Part shown: positions 1 to 13,106 of the stretch, in pieces
Numbering within the stretch: the stretch's first letter is position 1
Layout of the letters: the number at the start of each line of letters is the position of its first letter
NCBI GenBank assembly: GCA_002245135.1
Contig: NGBS01000057.1
Span: forward strand, 1-41,423
From: Proteromonas lacertae
Taxonomy: Eukaryota
DNA: 41,423 bases
Direction: 5' to 3'
Notes under the pieces: model-generated
Seen by the model: the letters and a program-made list of their open reading frames with translations, nothing else
Databases searched by the model: none
Told to the model about the DNA's origin: nothing
Made by a program: the position numbers and the translations under genes

Positions 1-2675
1 GGTGAGGTTAGACAGATATCATGGTTTTGATACAAAGAAATACAAAATCATGTTGCAAAGTAATCATTTACCAATATCAGAATATTGTTTACCAGGAATA
101 ATGGCCACTGATATACTAATATTTGATAATTATTTTTCTGAACAAGTATTGCAGAACAATGATTGGATATCATTTGAGTCTATGACAAGGACATTAAGAA
201 ACTTACCTTTATTCAAAAAGAGTCTTTATATTCCAGCTGGGGACAAATTAGCCTTCATGAGGTTATTATCTACACTATTTTATAGTTATAATGGCGGTAC
301 AGTTGATCAAGAGTATATATATATATATATATAATATTAAATAATTAATTTAGTGGAACAATGAATATAAATCGAAAAGAGAATATTCAAGCTTTAGAAT
401 TACTCAATTCGTGGTTTAATCATTATAAAAAGCCTATCGCCAGTTTGGATTGTTTTAAGTACACAGAAGCCAATGTAATCAACGGTACAATGAAGAGAAT
501 GTCAGTTGGTTATTTATCTACAAAGTACTTGTATTTATTAGAAGAAAATAGTTATTTAGATTATTCACTATTACCAAGTAAAGAGTATATATATATATAT
601 ATATATTATATGAATAGTCATGCCAAGTGTAATGAATGGTTATTGTTATTCAATTATCAATAATAATAATAATAATAATGACATACAGTTAAGCAGTAAA
701 ATGGTATCTTATCTTAAATCAATTGTGGATGATAATGAAGAAGCTAATGATGAAGTGATTGATGATGAATCCAGTGAATGTGATTATATACCTTATGGCT
801 TTACCACATTTGTAACATGCAATAATGATACTGTATTTGAAGGAAGTAATACTGGAAGAATTATGAAGAATATAATACGTATATAAAATATAGAATTATT
901 ATAATATAATAAATAGAAAAAAGTCAATCCATTTCTTTATTATCACATTTTACTAAATATTATACCAAAGCAATTGATTTAATATACAACAAAATATCAT
1001 TTATGATAATAACCAATAATACAAATTACAATGTAGAATTAGCTGAATTACAAAAGAATTTGGAAGAATTATTAAAGGCAGAAAATGACACTTCTATTGA
1101 TGTATTATATATTCCTTCAATAGTTGAAACTATAGAGTCAGAAACAACCTTTGATGCAGTTATGTTTGTTTTAGGATTATTATTAGGATTAATAGCTTCA
1201 GCAATTATGTTATTGTATATATATATTTATATTTATATTTATATTTATATATTGATTAGTGGTATATTACAAACAACACATATTCCAATTTTTGGTAAAA
1301 GAAAGAATGCAACAGTTGTCCCAACAAGTTTTGAAGAAATGACAAAAGTCTCCTCATTTATAGATCACGAAATTAGAAATATATTAACAGCCATTATTGG
1401 TATAGGCGAATATCTCTCAGACAATGTATTATCTATCCAAGAATCAATGAAACCAAAGGTCTCATCAGTAGAAAGAGATAAAAGAGTATTATCTTTAGAA
1501 AGAAATGTTGCTTCCTTAAATGCAGCTTGTGAATTATTAACTGATGTGTGAATAATGGAATGGATATAAGGAAACTTCAAGAAGGTAAATTATTAGCCAA
1601 TCCAGTGCCTTATCGATTTAGTGATTTAGTGGAAAGAGTATTTCATATTTTACAGCCAAAGATAGCAGAATTACCTGATGTTCGTTGTTTTTATAAACTA
1701 TTTGATCGACAAGGTTGGTATATATTTGATAAACATCGTGTACAACAGGTTTTAACTAATCTCTTAACAATCGCATTGACGAATACATCAGTTGGAAGTA
1801 TTAATGTAAAAGTAGTAGAAGAAGGTTATAATAGAATCAAAATATCAGTTGAAGATACAGGTAAAGGAATTCCTAAAGAGAAATTAGATACAATTTTTGA
1901 TAGTCCATTTGCACAAGATCAAAATGGTGGTGGAGGTGGTGGTAGTAATAATGGTAATAGTACTGAGAATAAAAACTTAGGATTAGCATTATATTTGTGT
2001 AAAATATTAGTGAAAGAAGTATTGAAAGGTGAAATTGGTTGTCAAAGCACTGTATGAATATATATATATATTTATTATTTATTATTTATATATGTATAGG
2101 AGAATGTTGGTACTTTATTTTATTTCATTTTCCCAGTTGAAAAGTGTCAAGAACCACCTGAAGAGAAAGGTCAAATGCATCAAACAGTTCAAACAGCTGA
2201 TATGTCAAAGAAACATATTCTAATAATAGATGATTCTCAATTATCTCGAAAGATTGTCTTAAAAGCATTGAAACTATGTAATGCAACAGGAGATGAAGCT
2301 TGTGATGGCACTACAGCATTGAAATTAGTACAGAGCAATCATTATGATGCAATAATTACTGATTTAAATATGCCACAAATAACTGGTTATGAATTGGCAA
2401 AGTTGTTGAGGAAGAATTTGAATTATTTAGGTCCAATCATCACATTGACAGGTGAAAATCCTAAAGAGATATATAAAGTGTGTAAAGAAGCAGGTATTGA
2501 TGAGATTGCTACTAAACCATTACAACCTAGAGAGTTAGTACATATTGTAATGGAATTAATTCAGAGATATAAGTCACATTCACCATTCTGTGTTAATAAA
2601 AGTGTTAATATTGAGGAACTTTTACCATCTACAAAGTCTAAAAGTACTAAAAGTGGAGATACACCAGATTTATAA
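1..2675 (+). CDS. Hybrid sensor histidine kinase, 5'-truncated by the window edge: solute-binding-protein-like ectodomain, one TM helix, HisKA, HATPase, receiver
   Basis: H-box SFIDHEIRNILTAIIG, N-box RVQQVLTNLL, G1 VEDTGKGI, G2 ENVGTLFYFIFP after splicing, receiver ILIIDDS...ITDLNMP...TKP. TM VMFVLGLLLGLIASAIMLL. Predicted introns 313-353, 585-617, 879-916, ~1215-1259, 2052-2099. Single-base frameshifts near 622 and 1548 (possibly assembly errors). Confidence 0.9.
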
Positions 2676-2821
2676 TTGTTTTCAAATATATTTTAAATTT
2701 TATTTATTTAATATGAATTATTTTTTGTTTTTATGCTTTTATATAATAGAAATGATGAGTAATGGTTGTTTTATGATATTCAAAAATATATTCGTTTCAT
2801 TATTAGTTTTTTAAAAAGAGT

Positions 2822-3764
2822 ATGATCAAGAGGACTATTGGGATTGTAGTTGTTCTTATATTTGCTATTATACTATTAGTAAGCTTTATATTACCAGCTT
2901 TTTCTTCAGTGTGTTCAAATTGTGCAGCTATTGCTTATAACACATTAATCAATAGATTTGTTGATAAAGAAGTATATACTGAAGGACTTTATTATACTGG
3001 ATATTATAAATCATTCAAAACAGTTAGTACTCTTAAACAATCCTACAGATTCACCAATCTAAAAGCTAGATCGTCTGATGGATTGGAATTGCCTATTGGA
3101 GTAGTAGTGGTATTTAAATATATAATTACATTTGATGATATTAAGAAAGTGTTGTTTGATTATGTAGATTATGACACAGTATTGAAGAATGAGATTACAA
3201 TGATATTATGTGATGTGTTCAGTTCCTTTGATGCATTTCAAGTATATCAAGGTAGATCAAATATTGTTGCAAAAATGAAAAAGGATTTGAGTGAAAAACT
3301 GATAAAGTATTCAGTCAATGTAACAGAGGTTTATTTTACTGATTCGGACCTACCAAATGAAATATCAAACGCTATACAATCTAGTGTAAATGCTGAACAA
3401 AATATATCAGTAGCAACAGCAGAACAGGAATTAACAAAAGTAAATTTATTGAATTATATATTATTGTTTATAGATTAAAGCAGAAACGTTAATAGAACAA
3501 TATACAATGCTTGCTGAGATAGAGAGAATAAAAGGTCAATTAGAAGCTGAAGTATTGTATCTGAAATCAATGGCAAATGCCAATTCTACATTAATAATGA
3601 GAAAAATCGAATCAGAAACTTACAGTAAATTCATCAATCAAATTGATAATTCTACAAAAGGATTTGGTGAGGATGAATTTATGAAATATCTATGGGTTGC
3701 TAGTAATAAGGATACACAATCTTCTGAATCGATTTTGAAGATAAAGAAACCAAAAATCCTTTAA
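2822..3764 (+). CDS. SPFH/band-7 (prohibitin-like) membrane protein
   Basis: N-terminal TM, ARSSDGLEL motif, C-terminal coiled coil; a 34-nt intron at 3440-3473 joins ORFs 2822 and 3507 in frame. Confidence 0.8.
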
Positions 3765-3904
3765 ATTGTTGTATATTTATTTCTAATTGTTTTTATCTAA
3801 TGCATATTATATTAAGTGTTTGTTTTACTATATTGTATATATTAACATAATAAGATACACTTACTCATAATTTAAATCGGTGAGTAGAGGGTTTTCTTAA
3901 CATA

Positions 3905-4367
3905 ATGACAGATGTTAAGGATGTAGTTTTGTATGTCAATAAGGATAACACCGTTTTCAAATTTTATCCTACAGGGAAATGCTTTATAAATGGGATATCA
4001 AATCATTATGATAATACTTACCCAGAAGGATTAAATAACATAGTATTAAATAATATTATTCATAAAATAGTTAACAAAGAAAGAATTTGATTACGGAATG
4101 AGCATAATCAACCACATATGTGAGGGTTACTGGCCTTGTAATTTATGTTATTATTTTGGATGGATTGGAATGATATTTACACTTGGTCTATCCTTATTAC
4201 TTCCTTCTATATGTATTAACCAATTATTAGGTATATTGAAAGAAGAGTTAGAAATTCTAAATGATAATCCGATTTATACATCAAAACATATTAGATGGAG
4301 TCTTGAAAGAAGATGTCTGTGTTGTGGATCTTGGATTCAACTCACTTATCTACCAAATGATATATAA
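3905..4367 (+). CDS. Erf4/Golgin-A7 family protein
   Basis: A 28-nt intron at 4043-4070 gives YPEGLNNI|LTKKEFDYGMSIIN; Cys-rich hydrophobic segment and W-x-L...WIQL C-terminus typical of the family. Confidence 0.65.
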
Positions 4368-4460
4368 TTTTATGTTTATAAACTCCATTAAGTCTTTTAC
4401 ATGTTTTTTTAATTATTAATATTATAACAACAAAAACAAGTAAAATGTAAATCAAATTCA

Positions 4461-5951
4461 TTAAATATTGAAAGTGTTTAAAGATTCGACTATATTTTAA
4501 TAATAATAATTAAATATCTATAAATACGAGGAAGTGGTGATAATAAAGAATCATTATCATTATTACTATTTGAATTATCTTTATCTATTTCACAAAAGCT
4601 TAAATCCATTTTATCATTATTATTATTTGTATTCTTTGAATAACAGGATGATGAACAAGAAGGAGACAAAGGACTTAGTAGGAGAGGACTAATATCCATC
4701 ATTAATGGAGAACATAAGAAATCATCAGTACCAGATAACGTATAAGGAACTGATTCAGAAATATCAAATAAATTACAACTATTATTGGATGTATAGGAAT
4801 TATTATTATTATTATTATTGTAAGTTGGAAATGGTAATGAGTAACCTCTGGTTAAATGAGGCCTTTTTCTACTTTTACTAACCTAATTATAATATATATA
4901 TATATATATATATTAATATTATAATAAATACATTAAAATTAGATGGAAAGGGAATATTTAATAATTGCGAACTGCTGTTACTTATTTCATTCTTATATTT
5001 TCTTTTTTCTATTTTGAATTGTCCATTATAATGATCATTGTCATTTATAATCATATCTGCACAAGGTATATCATTAAAAATTGGAGTTGAAACTGCCGTA
5101 GATGTTGTAGAGGAAGCTGCTGCTGTGATATGAATCAGAACATATGGACCAATTTCATTCATGGAATATGTTTTATTATTTTTGTTACATTTTGTATTAT
5201 TATTTTTATGATCATTTTCTATTTTCATTACTGCATGCATTCTGAATAAAGGATCTACATGAGAATAAGCTCCACCACCTTTATTTCCACATCTGACAGC
5301 TAATATATATATAATAAAACAATATATTTACTTTGATAACAATTTGCTGTTATATATCTAACGATTGGATTATTTTTTGGTAAATCTGTAGTAAATCCTT
5401 GCTTCTTCCATGTATAATATTTGATCCTTTTATTACTTAATCTTGGAAATCCGAATGATGGTTTGCCATTCTTCAAATGTTCACATTTCAGTATATACAA
5501 TGTTGGTGTTGGATTTGAATAGATATCTTCAGGGTGTACTGTAATTCCTCTATCATCAATGCCGAGATCGTAACTGAATAAAGTTGAAATCGTATATATA
5601 TTCGTACAATGGGTATAAATAATTGCCATTTTCTGCCTCTTCTAATATATGGTAGTAATCATTATAATTAAGCCATTTCTTTGAATTTTCACAATGAGAG
5701 AAGTTGCTTTCATCATTTGCTTCACTATTAATCAATAGTTGATCTGAGTTTGATTCAGAATCAAAAGTCTACAAGGTTAATATATTCTGTACATCATTTA
5801 GTATGTTTTCATTTGGTAATTTATTTGGAGAGGGTATATTTAAAGATTGAAGATCTTCTAATGGAGGTGGAGTATTGATATATTCGCAGTCAAATGATTC
5901 TTCATATTGGTTTTGGAGAGACTGTTCATCATATTGTTGAGTTTCTGACAT
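4461..5951 (-). CDS. Multi-exon protein with a CG-1 (CAMTA-type) DNA-binding-like domain and a low-complexity tail
   Basis: Short introns (e.g. 5769-5792, 4490-4527) join the track ORFs. The motif order KWLNYNDYYHIL...P..LYIL...YTWKK...F.MH...YVLIH parallels CG-1 domains. The domain call is tentative. Confidence 0.5.
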
Positions 5952-6056
5952 AATTTGAATTTTAAATTTAGATTCAAAATTTTGGCAGAAGGATTTTTTA
6001 TACCCCAGAATCACTTTTCAAATAATTGAGTGATATCTATTTAGCTAGTTAGTAAA

Positions 6057-7432
6057 ATGTCATCTTATCGGTCGAATCTTTCTTTGAATTCAGATTACTC
6101 TGCCACTATTAAAGCCAAATGGATGAGCAAAGAAAATGTAGGGAAGTTCATTTCTGGATCTAAACACAGTATAAAATGGCTTTTGGAAATTAATGAAAAA
6201 GATATTGTAATTGGATTAACGCACTCGTTAGGAGCAGGAAATATGTAGATTAATTTCAATCACTTATCTAGTCGAGTATTCTGTAACAATCGTTTAGTTT
6301 ATGAAGGTACATTAGTTGAAACAACAGATTTCCAATATAGTTTTGAATATCATGATACAGAGTTTGTTGTGTTAATGGGAAGATTAAAAGGTCATTGTAT
6401 TTTTATATATTAGTTTTAATTACTTGAATAGATCAATATGATTTAGAAATCAATGGTATTGCATTTGCAGATATAGACAAACAACTAAAAGAATTCAAAA
6501 AATATGAAGAAGAAAAGCAGTATCAAATACAAACAAACACAAGAATATTTGAAGAACAAGATGAAGTTAAGAATTCTAATATTAAAGAAAAAGAGAAAGA
6601 ATACAATGTGTTTGAAGATAATGAATTTAATGAAGTATCCACTGATTCATACGATTTATTTGATTCATTGTTTTCTACACCTGTATCAACAAATGATAAT
6701 GATAATAATAAAAAGGATATTAAAGAAAATAAAAAATTAACATCATTACCAGTTGGTCCACCACCACCATTACCACCTAAACCATTGCAATATCAAAGTG
6801 ATAATAATAATAATGCATTTGTACCAATACCAGTGAAAATACCAACTCAAGAAAGAAGACTACCTCCTCCACCACCACCACCTCCACCTCAGCAACAGCA
6901 GCAGCAACAGTCATATAATAATGAACAACAAAGTCAGCAGAATATTCCACCTCCTCCTCCACCAGCGCCACCATTACCTCAACCACCAGTGAATAATCAA
7001 CAACAACTTAATGTTCAATTACCACCTTTGCCTCCAAATAATGATAGTAAACAACAACAACAACAACAACAAATATCAATAAATCAACAACATTCACTAT
7101 TTGTTCCACCTCCATTACCACCACCACCATTACCTCAACTAACAAATATTAATGAATTACAACAACAACAACAACAACAACCTTTGTTTGTACCACCACC
7201 TCCACCTCAGCCACCAGTGAATTATCAACAGCAAGTACAGCAGAATATACCTCCACCATTACCGCCATTACCTGTTTTAACCAAAACAGAATTACCAATA
7301 TCAAATAATCCTGATGATTTATTACAGAATGATAATAATAATAATGCTGAACCTGTTATGTCTATTAAACAGTTGTTGATGATGTCACAACCAATTAATG
7401 ATCCAAATGGATGGTTAAATGAAAGAAAATAA
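6057..7432 (+). CDS. FAIM1-like N-terminal domain protein with a long Pro/Gln-rich C-terminus
   Basis: Introns 6245-6271 and ~6391-6431 give KWLLEINEKDIVIGLTHSLGAGNIRVFCNNRLV...YDLEING, then poly-Pro/poly-Gln tracts in frame with ORF 6608. Confidence 0.6.
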
Positions 7433-7651
7433 CTTGATATTCATTTTAATTAATAATTTAAAAATAATATATAGTTTTTTTATATGTATAGTTTTTTTTA
7501 AATAATAATAATATTTGTATATAATTTGTTGTTCAACATCAGGATGATATTAAAATATGATGAATAATACTCATTAATGATTAAATGTTGTAATTCTAAT
7601 ATACATCCTTTTAAAATGTTTCGAATAAATAAAAATAGCAAGTATATATTA

Positions 7652-9093
7652 CAGGGTTGTATAAATAGGTCATGACCTTCTGGTAAAACCTATCTGTCAT
7701 AGGTTTTCAAAATTACACTGACCGACAGTGACCTCTAGTAACTATTAGCTAACCTCTTTTGTAGTATGTGTTTCTAATCATAAAATCATGTACATAAATA
7801 AAATATAAACCTATATATATCATTTTAAAACTTATATTAAATATATTAAGTAATAATATTACTCATTACAAAGTATAAAATCAAATTACAAGAACAGTAA
7901 ATACTAACCTCCTTTATCATGATTATTTCTCATTTATTCAATTTTTAGCTAAGGTTAATATTATGTATAGGAAATATATTTATATGATGTAGGAACATAT
8001 TACTTCCTCAATGTGCATGTGCAGAAGTGAAAAGATTAAAAGAAGCTAATCAACTTGAGTATCTCGATTTCAAATATCAAAAATCTTATTGGAACAACGT
8101 GCTGAAAATAAAACATACTGAAATGTGTATATGTCTTCAATGTGGATGTCGTTATACTTGCAATGTGAAAAATGGTAAAGCTATTAAAAGCCATCAAGTT
8201 AACTCGCATAATTATCAAGATGTGGATGAGAAAATAAATAAGGATGAGATGAAAAACCTTCTCTTCAATTTCATCACATACAACAATATCAGTAGTACCA
8301 TTCTTGATAGTAGTTATTTTAGGTTGTTGTGCGTGTTGTGCGCCGTTGAGCCGGTTGCGCCGTTGAGCCGCTCTCATCATACAATTACTTTTAAAACAAA
8401 CTAATATCATTTTTATCTTAGTTATAAAGAGTTATTAACAAATATATGGTTAATTTGTCATATGACCTATATCTGCGATTTGCTTTTTTATGAACTTCAT
8501 TATTCTCAATATTAAACTAATATTTGTATTTTTTATATTTTAATGTATCAGTGACTGCTACAGTCTAAAATACATTATTTGATATTAATAGAATTCACTA
8601 TTTTTTATGTTAAGGTAGTGAAAAAAGAAAAAATAAGTTCAAGCCTCACTCAAGCCAGCTTTTTAATTTCTTTTTTAAATAAGTTGTTATTGAAACTATT
8701 GTAATCTATTCATATCAAATAATGTATTTTAGACTGTAGTAGTCACTGATACATTAAAATATAAAAAATATAAATATTAGTTTAATATTGATAATAATGA
8801 AGTTCATAAAGAAGTGTGTCACAGATATAGGTCATATGACAAACTAACTATATATTTGTTAATAACTCTTTATAACTAAGATAAAAATGATATTAGTTTG
8901 TTTTAAAAGTAATTGCATGATGAGAGCGGCTCAAGGGCGCACAATAAGAAGTAATAATAAATATAAGATTTGTACTTCCTCAAGTAAAATATCGAAAATA
9001 TATTCTACAATCAAAAATTTAAAGAATTTAATATTATATCATTTAAAGAAAACATGTAATATTGAGAGAATATCACTAAAAATCTATAAATGA
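7652..9093 (+). mobile_element. Decayed hAT transposon: left end plus BED-finger transposase fragment, interrupted by a fold-back element
   Basis: Terminus CAGGGTTG at 7652. ORF 8027 has W...CxxC...H-x4-H (BED-like) and LFNFITYNNISSTILDSSYFR. The frame resumes after 8947 (EVIINIRFVLP, then ISLKIYK* after a frameshift). Confidence 0.7.
8324..8947. mobile_element. Fold-back/MITE-like element, family A
   Basis: Inverted arms of roughly 260-280 bp, ends TTGTTGTGCG...CGCACAATAA, central motif TCAAGCCTCACTCAAGCC at ~8639; partial duplication of the left terminus. Confidence 0.85.
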
Positions 9094-9227
9094 TGTAATT
9101 ACATAAATATCTTTTTTTTCAAAATCTTCTTTAGAGTTAATTATTTCCTCAATATTACCTTTGTTAAAAATTATTCTACCTATATTATTTATTTTGTTGA
9201 TTTAGTAGCAGAAGTAATGAAGAAATG

Positions 9228-9606
9228 AGAATGGATTGCCTTTGTTAGCCCGAGTTTAAATTAATTATTAGTATGGGAATGGAAGAGTGAAACACATATA
9301 TTGAAACAGCAACGTCATTTTTATGATATTAATTGTGTATGAATATTTGTTTTTTGTTATGGTTTGAATATATATGAAAATGACGTTACTACAGGAAGTG
9401 ATGATAGTAAAGTCAAACTATGAAGTATATATGAAAATATAAATAAATATATTTATTTAGTGGATTTTGTATTGTTACATTCAATAATTTAGATGGTACT
9501 GTAAGATGTTATAATACAATCAGATATAGAAACTTTAGAACATTTGTACCAACAGAACCATTTCAATTTTCCTGTGTTAGTTGTGATAATGGTGGCGAAA
9601 TATTAG
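9228..9606 (+). pseudogene. PWP2: PWP2/UTP1 (WD40 SSU-processome protein) pseudogene fragment
   Basis: Reads EWIAF...*LLVWEWKSETHILKQQRHF, TGSDDSKVKL*, GFCIVTF and LDGTVRCYNTIRYRNFRTF...FQFSCVSCDNGGEIL, matching conserved PWP2 motifs, with stops and deletions. Confidence 0.85.
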
Positions 9607-9649
9607 TTCTTGATCCCTAAGAGTTATCTAAGGAGTGGCAAGATGAAGT

Positions 9650-10287
9650 TTGTTGTGCGCCGTTTGTCATAGTTGGCCATTTGTCTACCAGACAATTTTA
9701 AAGCAAAATAAATGTATATTCTTACTTGTCTTGATGAAAAATTGTTACTTTTATACTTACTTTGTTATATGACCTATGTCTGCAATATACTTTTTTGTTA
9801 ATATAAATAGTTTGAATATTTGCGCCGTTTGTTTTCTAGAAATTTTGAAGCAGACTAAATGCATATTTAGCTAATATAGATTAAAACACATTAGCTGAAA
9901 TAATTAGAATATAATAATTATTAAATCTTTCTATATAAAAAAGAAATGTAAAAAGCAGGCTTGAGTGAGGCTTGATTCTATATTTTCTTTTTTCATTTTA
10001 AATGTCTTATGATCAACATTAAGTTGTTCTAATCATTTCAGCTAATGTATTTTAGTCTATATTAGCTAAATATGCATTTAGTTTGCTTCAAAAATTTCTA
10101 GAAAACAAACGGCGCAAATATTCAAACTATTTATATTAACAAAAAAGTATACTGCAGAGGTAGGTCATATAACAAAGTAAGTATAAAAGCAACAATTTTT
10201 CATCAAGACAAGTAAGAATATACATTTAGTTTGTTTTAAAAGTGTCTGGTAGACAAACGGCCAACTATGACAAATGGCGCATAACAT
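9650..10287. mobile_element. Fold-back/MITE-like element, family B
   Basis: Long inverted arms, ends TTGTTGTGCGCCGTTTGTCATAG...CTATGACAAATGGCGCATAACA; central motif in reverse orientation (GGCTTGAGTGAGGCTTGA, ~9958). Confidence 0.85.
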
Positions 10288-10309
10288 CATATATGAAATA
10301 TGAGAAATC

Positions 10310-10377
10310 AAAAGTGTCTCATAGACAAACGGCGTGAGAAGATTTAGAAATACGCCGTTTGTCTAGCAGACGTTTTT
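10310..10377. repeat. Short inverted repeat derived from the family B subterminal sequence
   Basis: TAGACAAACGGCGT ... ACGCCGTTTGTCTA. Confidence 0.6.
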
Positions 10378-10911
10378 CACTTCACAATTTTCTTCTGTGA
10401 CTTATGTGCATCATTTCATAATTATTGATACTATTACTTAAAACAAAAAACAACACAAATTAAATAATTTTGTATATTATACAAAAGAAGCTAAGTGTTA
10501 AAAAATAATTGTAATATGAAATATGAAATATGAAATACATTAATTTATTGTAACTTTGAGAATCATGTTGATTAAAGATTGTATTTCTGTTTATATTCTA
10601 GATATTAACTATGCTACTGAAATTATCGCTTTAGATGAAAAACATATGCATATAGAACAAGTATTTATATCAAAATATTGATTTTCGTACAAATAAGGGG
10701 GTAAGAAAATTCAAGTTTTTAGTTACATTTTTTTATTTATATCAACAACAGAAATGAGTTGTAAGATAATATTTTATATCATATACAAAATGCTAATATA
10801 ATATAAACAATTTTAATTAAAAGAAGTGTAATTATGAATTTAGTCTGACAAACTGCGACAACAAATCCAATAGAGTAATATAAATTTGATTAAATAACTA
10901 TATTCAACTAA

Positions 10912-11700
10912 ATGAAAAAGATTGTGCATATAACATTCATTTTATTTATTTTTGTTATTATTATTATATATATGAATATAAATATTGAAAAGAAAATAAA
11001 TAATGTAGTTGATGATAAAATATTCCATTTAAGAAAGATATATCAAAGAATGTTAAAGAATAATAGAATAAATATAGATATATGTGAAAATAATGATATG
11101 CTAGGAAAAACTAGAAATAATATATACAAAATAGGTAACAATTGCGAACCATGGTTTGCAAGAGAATGTATATTCATATTAGATCACATATTGCAATACA
11201 ATTCATATGGATTAGAATGGAGTTCTGGGTCAAGTACATTGTGGTTAGGATATAGGATTAAATCATTGATTTCAATAGAAAACTCATATCAGTGGTGGAA
11301 TATAGTAAGAGATACAATAATAAGATTAAATATTAGTGAAAAGGTTATATTGTATAACATAAAATCTGATGATATTAAATTATGCCAAAGTGAAAGAAAA
11401 TATCTTAGTACATTTTTAAGAAAAGAAAAGTGCTATAAAACATATGTTGAAAGTAATTTAATACCAAACATAAAATTTGATTATATAAGTGTAGATGGAA
11501 GAGCAAGAACAGGATGTTTACTAAGAGCAATAAAATTATTAAAAAAAGAAAATGGAATATTAATTTTGGATAATTCAGAAAGACTAAGATATCAATGGGT
11601 AGTAAATAAAATACCTAAATGTTGGACGAGATATAATTTTAACTATTCAAATGGAGTTGTATCTTTGTGGATATCACATAATCCTAAGTGGACTTTTTAA
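10912..11700 (+). CDS. Type II membrane class I SAM-dependent methyltransferase (Methyltransf_24-like)
   Basis: N-terminal TM, LEWSSGSSTLW, FDYISVDGRARTGC, GILILDN. Confidence 0.75.
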   Translation: MKKIVHITFILFIFVIIIIYMNINIEKKINNVVDDKIFHLRKIYQRMLKNNRINIDICENNDMLGKTRNNIYKIGNNCEPWFARECIFILDHILQYNSYGLEWSSGSSTLWLGYRIKSLISIENSYQWWNIVRDTIIRLNISEKVILYNIKSDDIKLCQSERKYLSTFLRKEKCYKTYVESNLIPNIKFDYISVDGRARTGCLLRAIKLLKKENGILILDNSERLRYQWVVNKIPKCWTRYNFNYSNGVVSLWISHNPKWTF

Positions 11701-11713
11701 TATTTCTTCAATT

Positions 11714-13083
11714 ATGATTATACATTTTAATTTAATTATCTTTAGTTTTATTATAATATATTATATAAAATTCATTACATTCTTTGTACATAGAAGAATG
11801 TGTTTTTATTTCAACTACTATTGTATTTTAGATAGAGTAAAACAGAATTTAATAAAATATTCAATTATAACCAGCTCTATGATCTATAACACACTAAATT
11901 TTCATTCAAATTTTATCTTAAAATACCAAATAAAAGGACATTATTATATTGCTCTTGATGCAGAATCATTTTATTTTATGAGGAATTATACTTCAAACAT
12001 ATTCTTTTATTTACTAAATTTAACTAATTTAAGTGTAGTTGATTATGGAACTAAAAATTATGGAAAAATTGTGATGAGTAAAACAAAAATAAACTCTATT
12101 CTGTTGAAAGTGAAGAAAAACATATTCCTTACAGATATTGATATTTATTATTATAAAAACCCAATAAAGGATTTAGTTAGTTACAAGGAAGATTTAGTTA
12201 TAACTAAAGATGGATATAGTAGTGTCAATACAGGCTTATAGTATATTTTTTATTACAATTAATAGTTATTTAAAATATAATAAAAATACATTAATATTCA
12301 TTGATAGTATATTATTATTATCAAAAAGAATCTACTCTAATAGTGAGCAGAGGTATTGGAATATAGTTTTAAAAAGAAACAAAACGATTAGTGTAAAATA
12401 TTTGAATATTTCTAAATACTGCAATGGAAATTTATTTTATACAAAAATGCATCGACATTTTTTTGATGATATACATGGTATATATTTTATAATCTTGTAT
12501 AGATAATGAATGTATCACTGTTCACAACAACTATATAAAAGGAGCTGACTCAAAACTATATAGAGAAAAAGAAATGTTATTCTTTAAAATTGATATAAAC
12601 AAATACTACAGCTCCTTAAATAGAAAATATTTTACATTTATAATTAATAATGTATTAACAATAGATGATATGGAAATATTAATATGGAAAGGTTTATTAT
12701 TTTCTAATATTACAAAAAAAATATTCATATTACCTAGAGTATTATGTAAAATATGTAATATATCAAATGCAAAATGGTGCTCTTATATTGATTGTTGGAG
12801 AATAAGAAATCTAAACAACTGTTTTTATTTAAAATATAGAGAAAATGTATAATGTATATGTATAATTATATAGTCTTTTATGAAGAATGAATTAGTTCCT
12901 AAAATTATAAAGAATAATAAAAAATTGCAAAATATCAGTAGTGAAAGAATTACCTATGATAACTTATTGAGCGCATTTGAAGAAAATATAAATTTCATAA
13001 TATTTAATGTTGTAAATCCTATAACTAAAAGCACATATTCTGCTAAAGAATATAATTATTCTAGGTGTATTATTAGACATTAA
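11714..13083 (+). CDS. Nucleotide-diphospho-sugar transferase (GT77-like)
   Basis: TM, IALD, FLTDIDIYYYKNP (DxD), NTGLYY and HNNYIKG..KLYREKE after removing introns 12241-12265, ~12478-12502 and ~12847-12873. Confidence 0.8.
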
Positions 13084-13106
13084 ATTCTAAATAATTTTCA
13101 TACATT

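Noticed and set aside
1540..1560. Programmed frameshift in the histidine kinase
   Set aside because: No slippery site; similar 1-nt indels recur across the window, favouring sequencing error or decay.
6777..6986. Antisense ORFs opposite real genes (also 1365-1580, 23646-23840, 33758-33994, 34676-34948, 35157-35456)
   Set aside because: Shadows of the sense coding frames.
8036..8410. ORFs overlapping fold-back arms (8036-8410, 24651-24854, 25211-25411)
   Set aside because: Incidental frames from repeat sequence or antisense to the hAT fragment.
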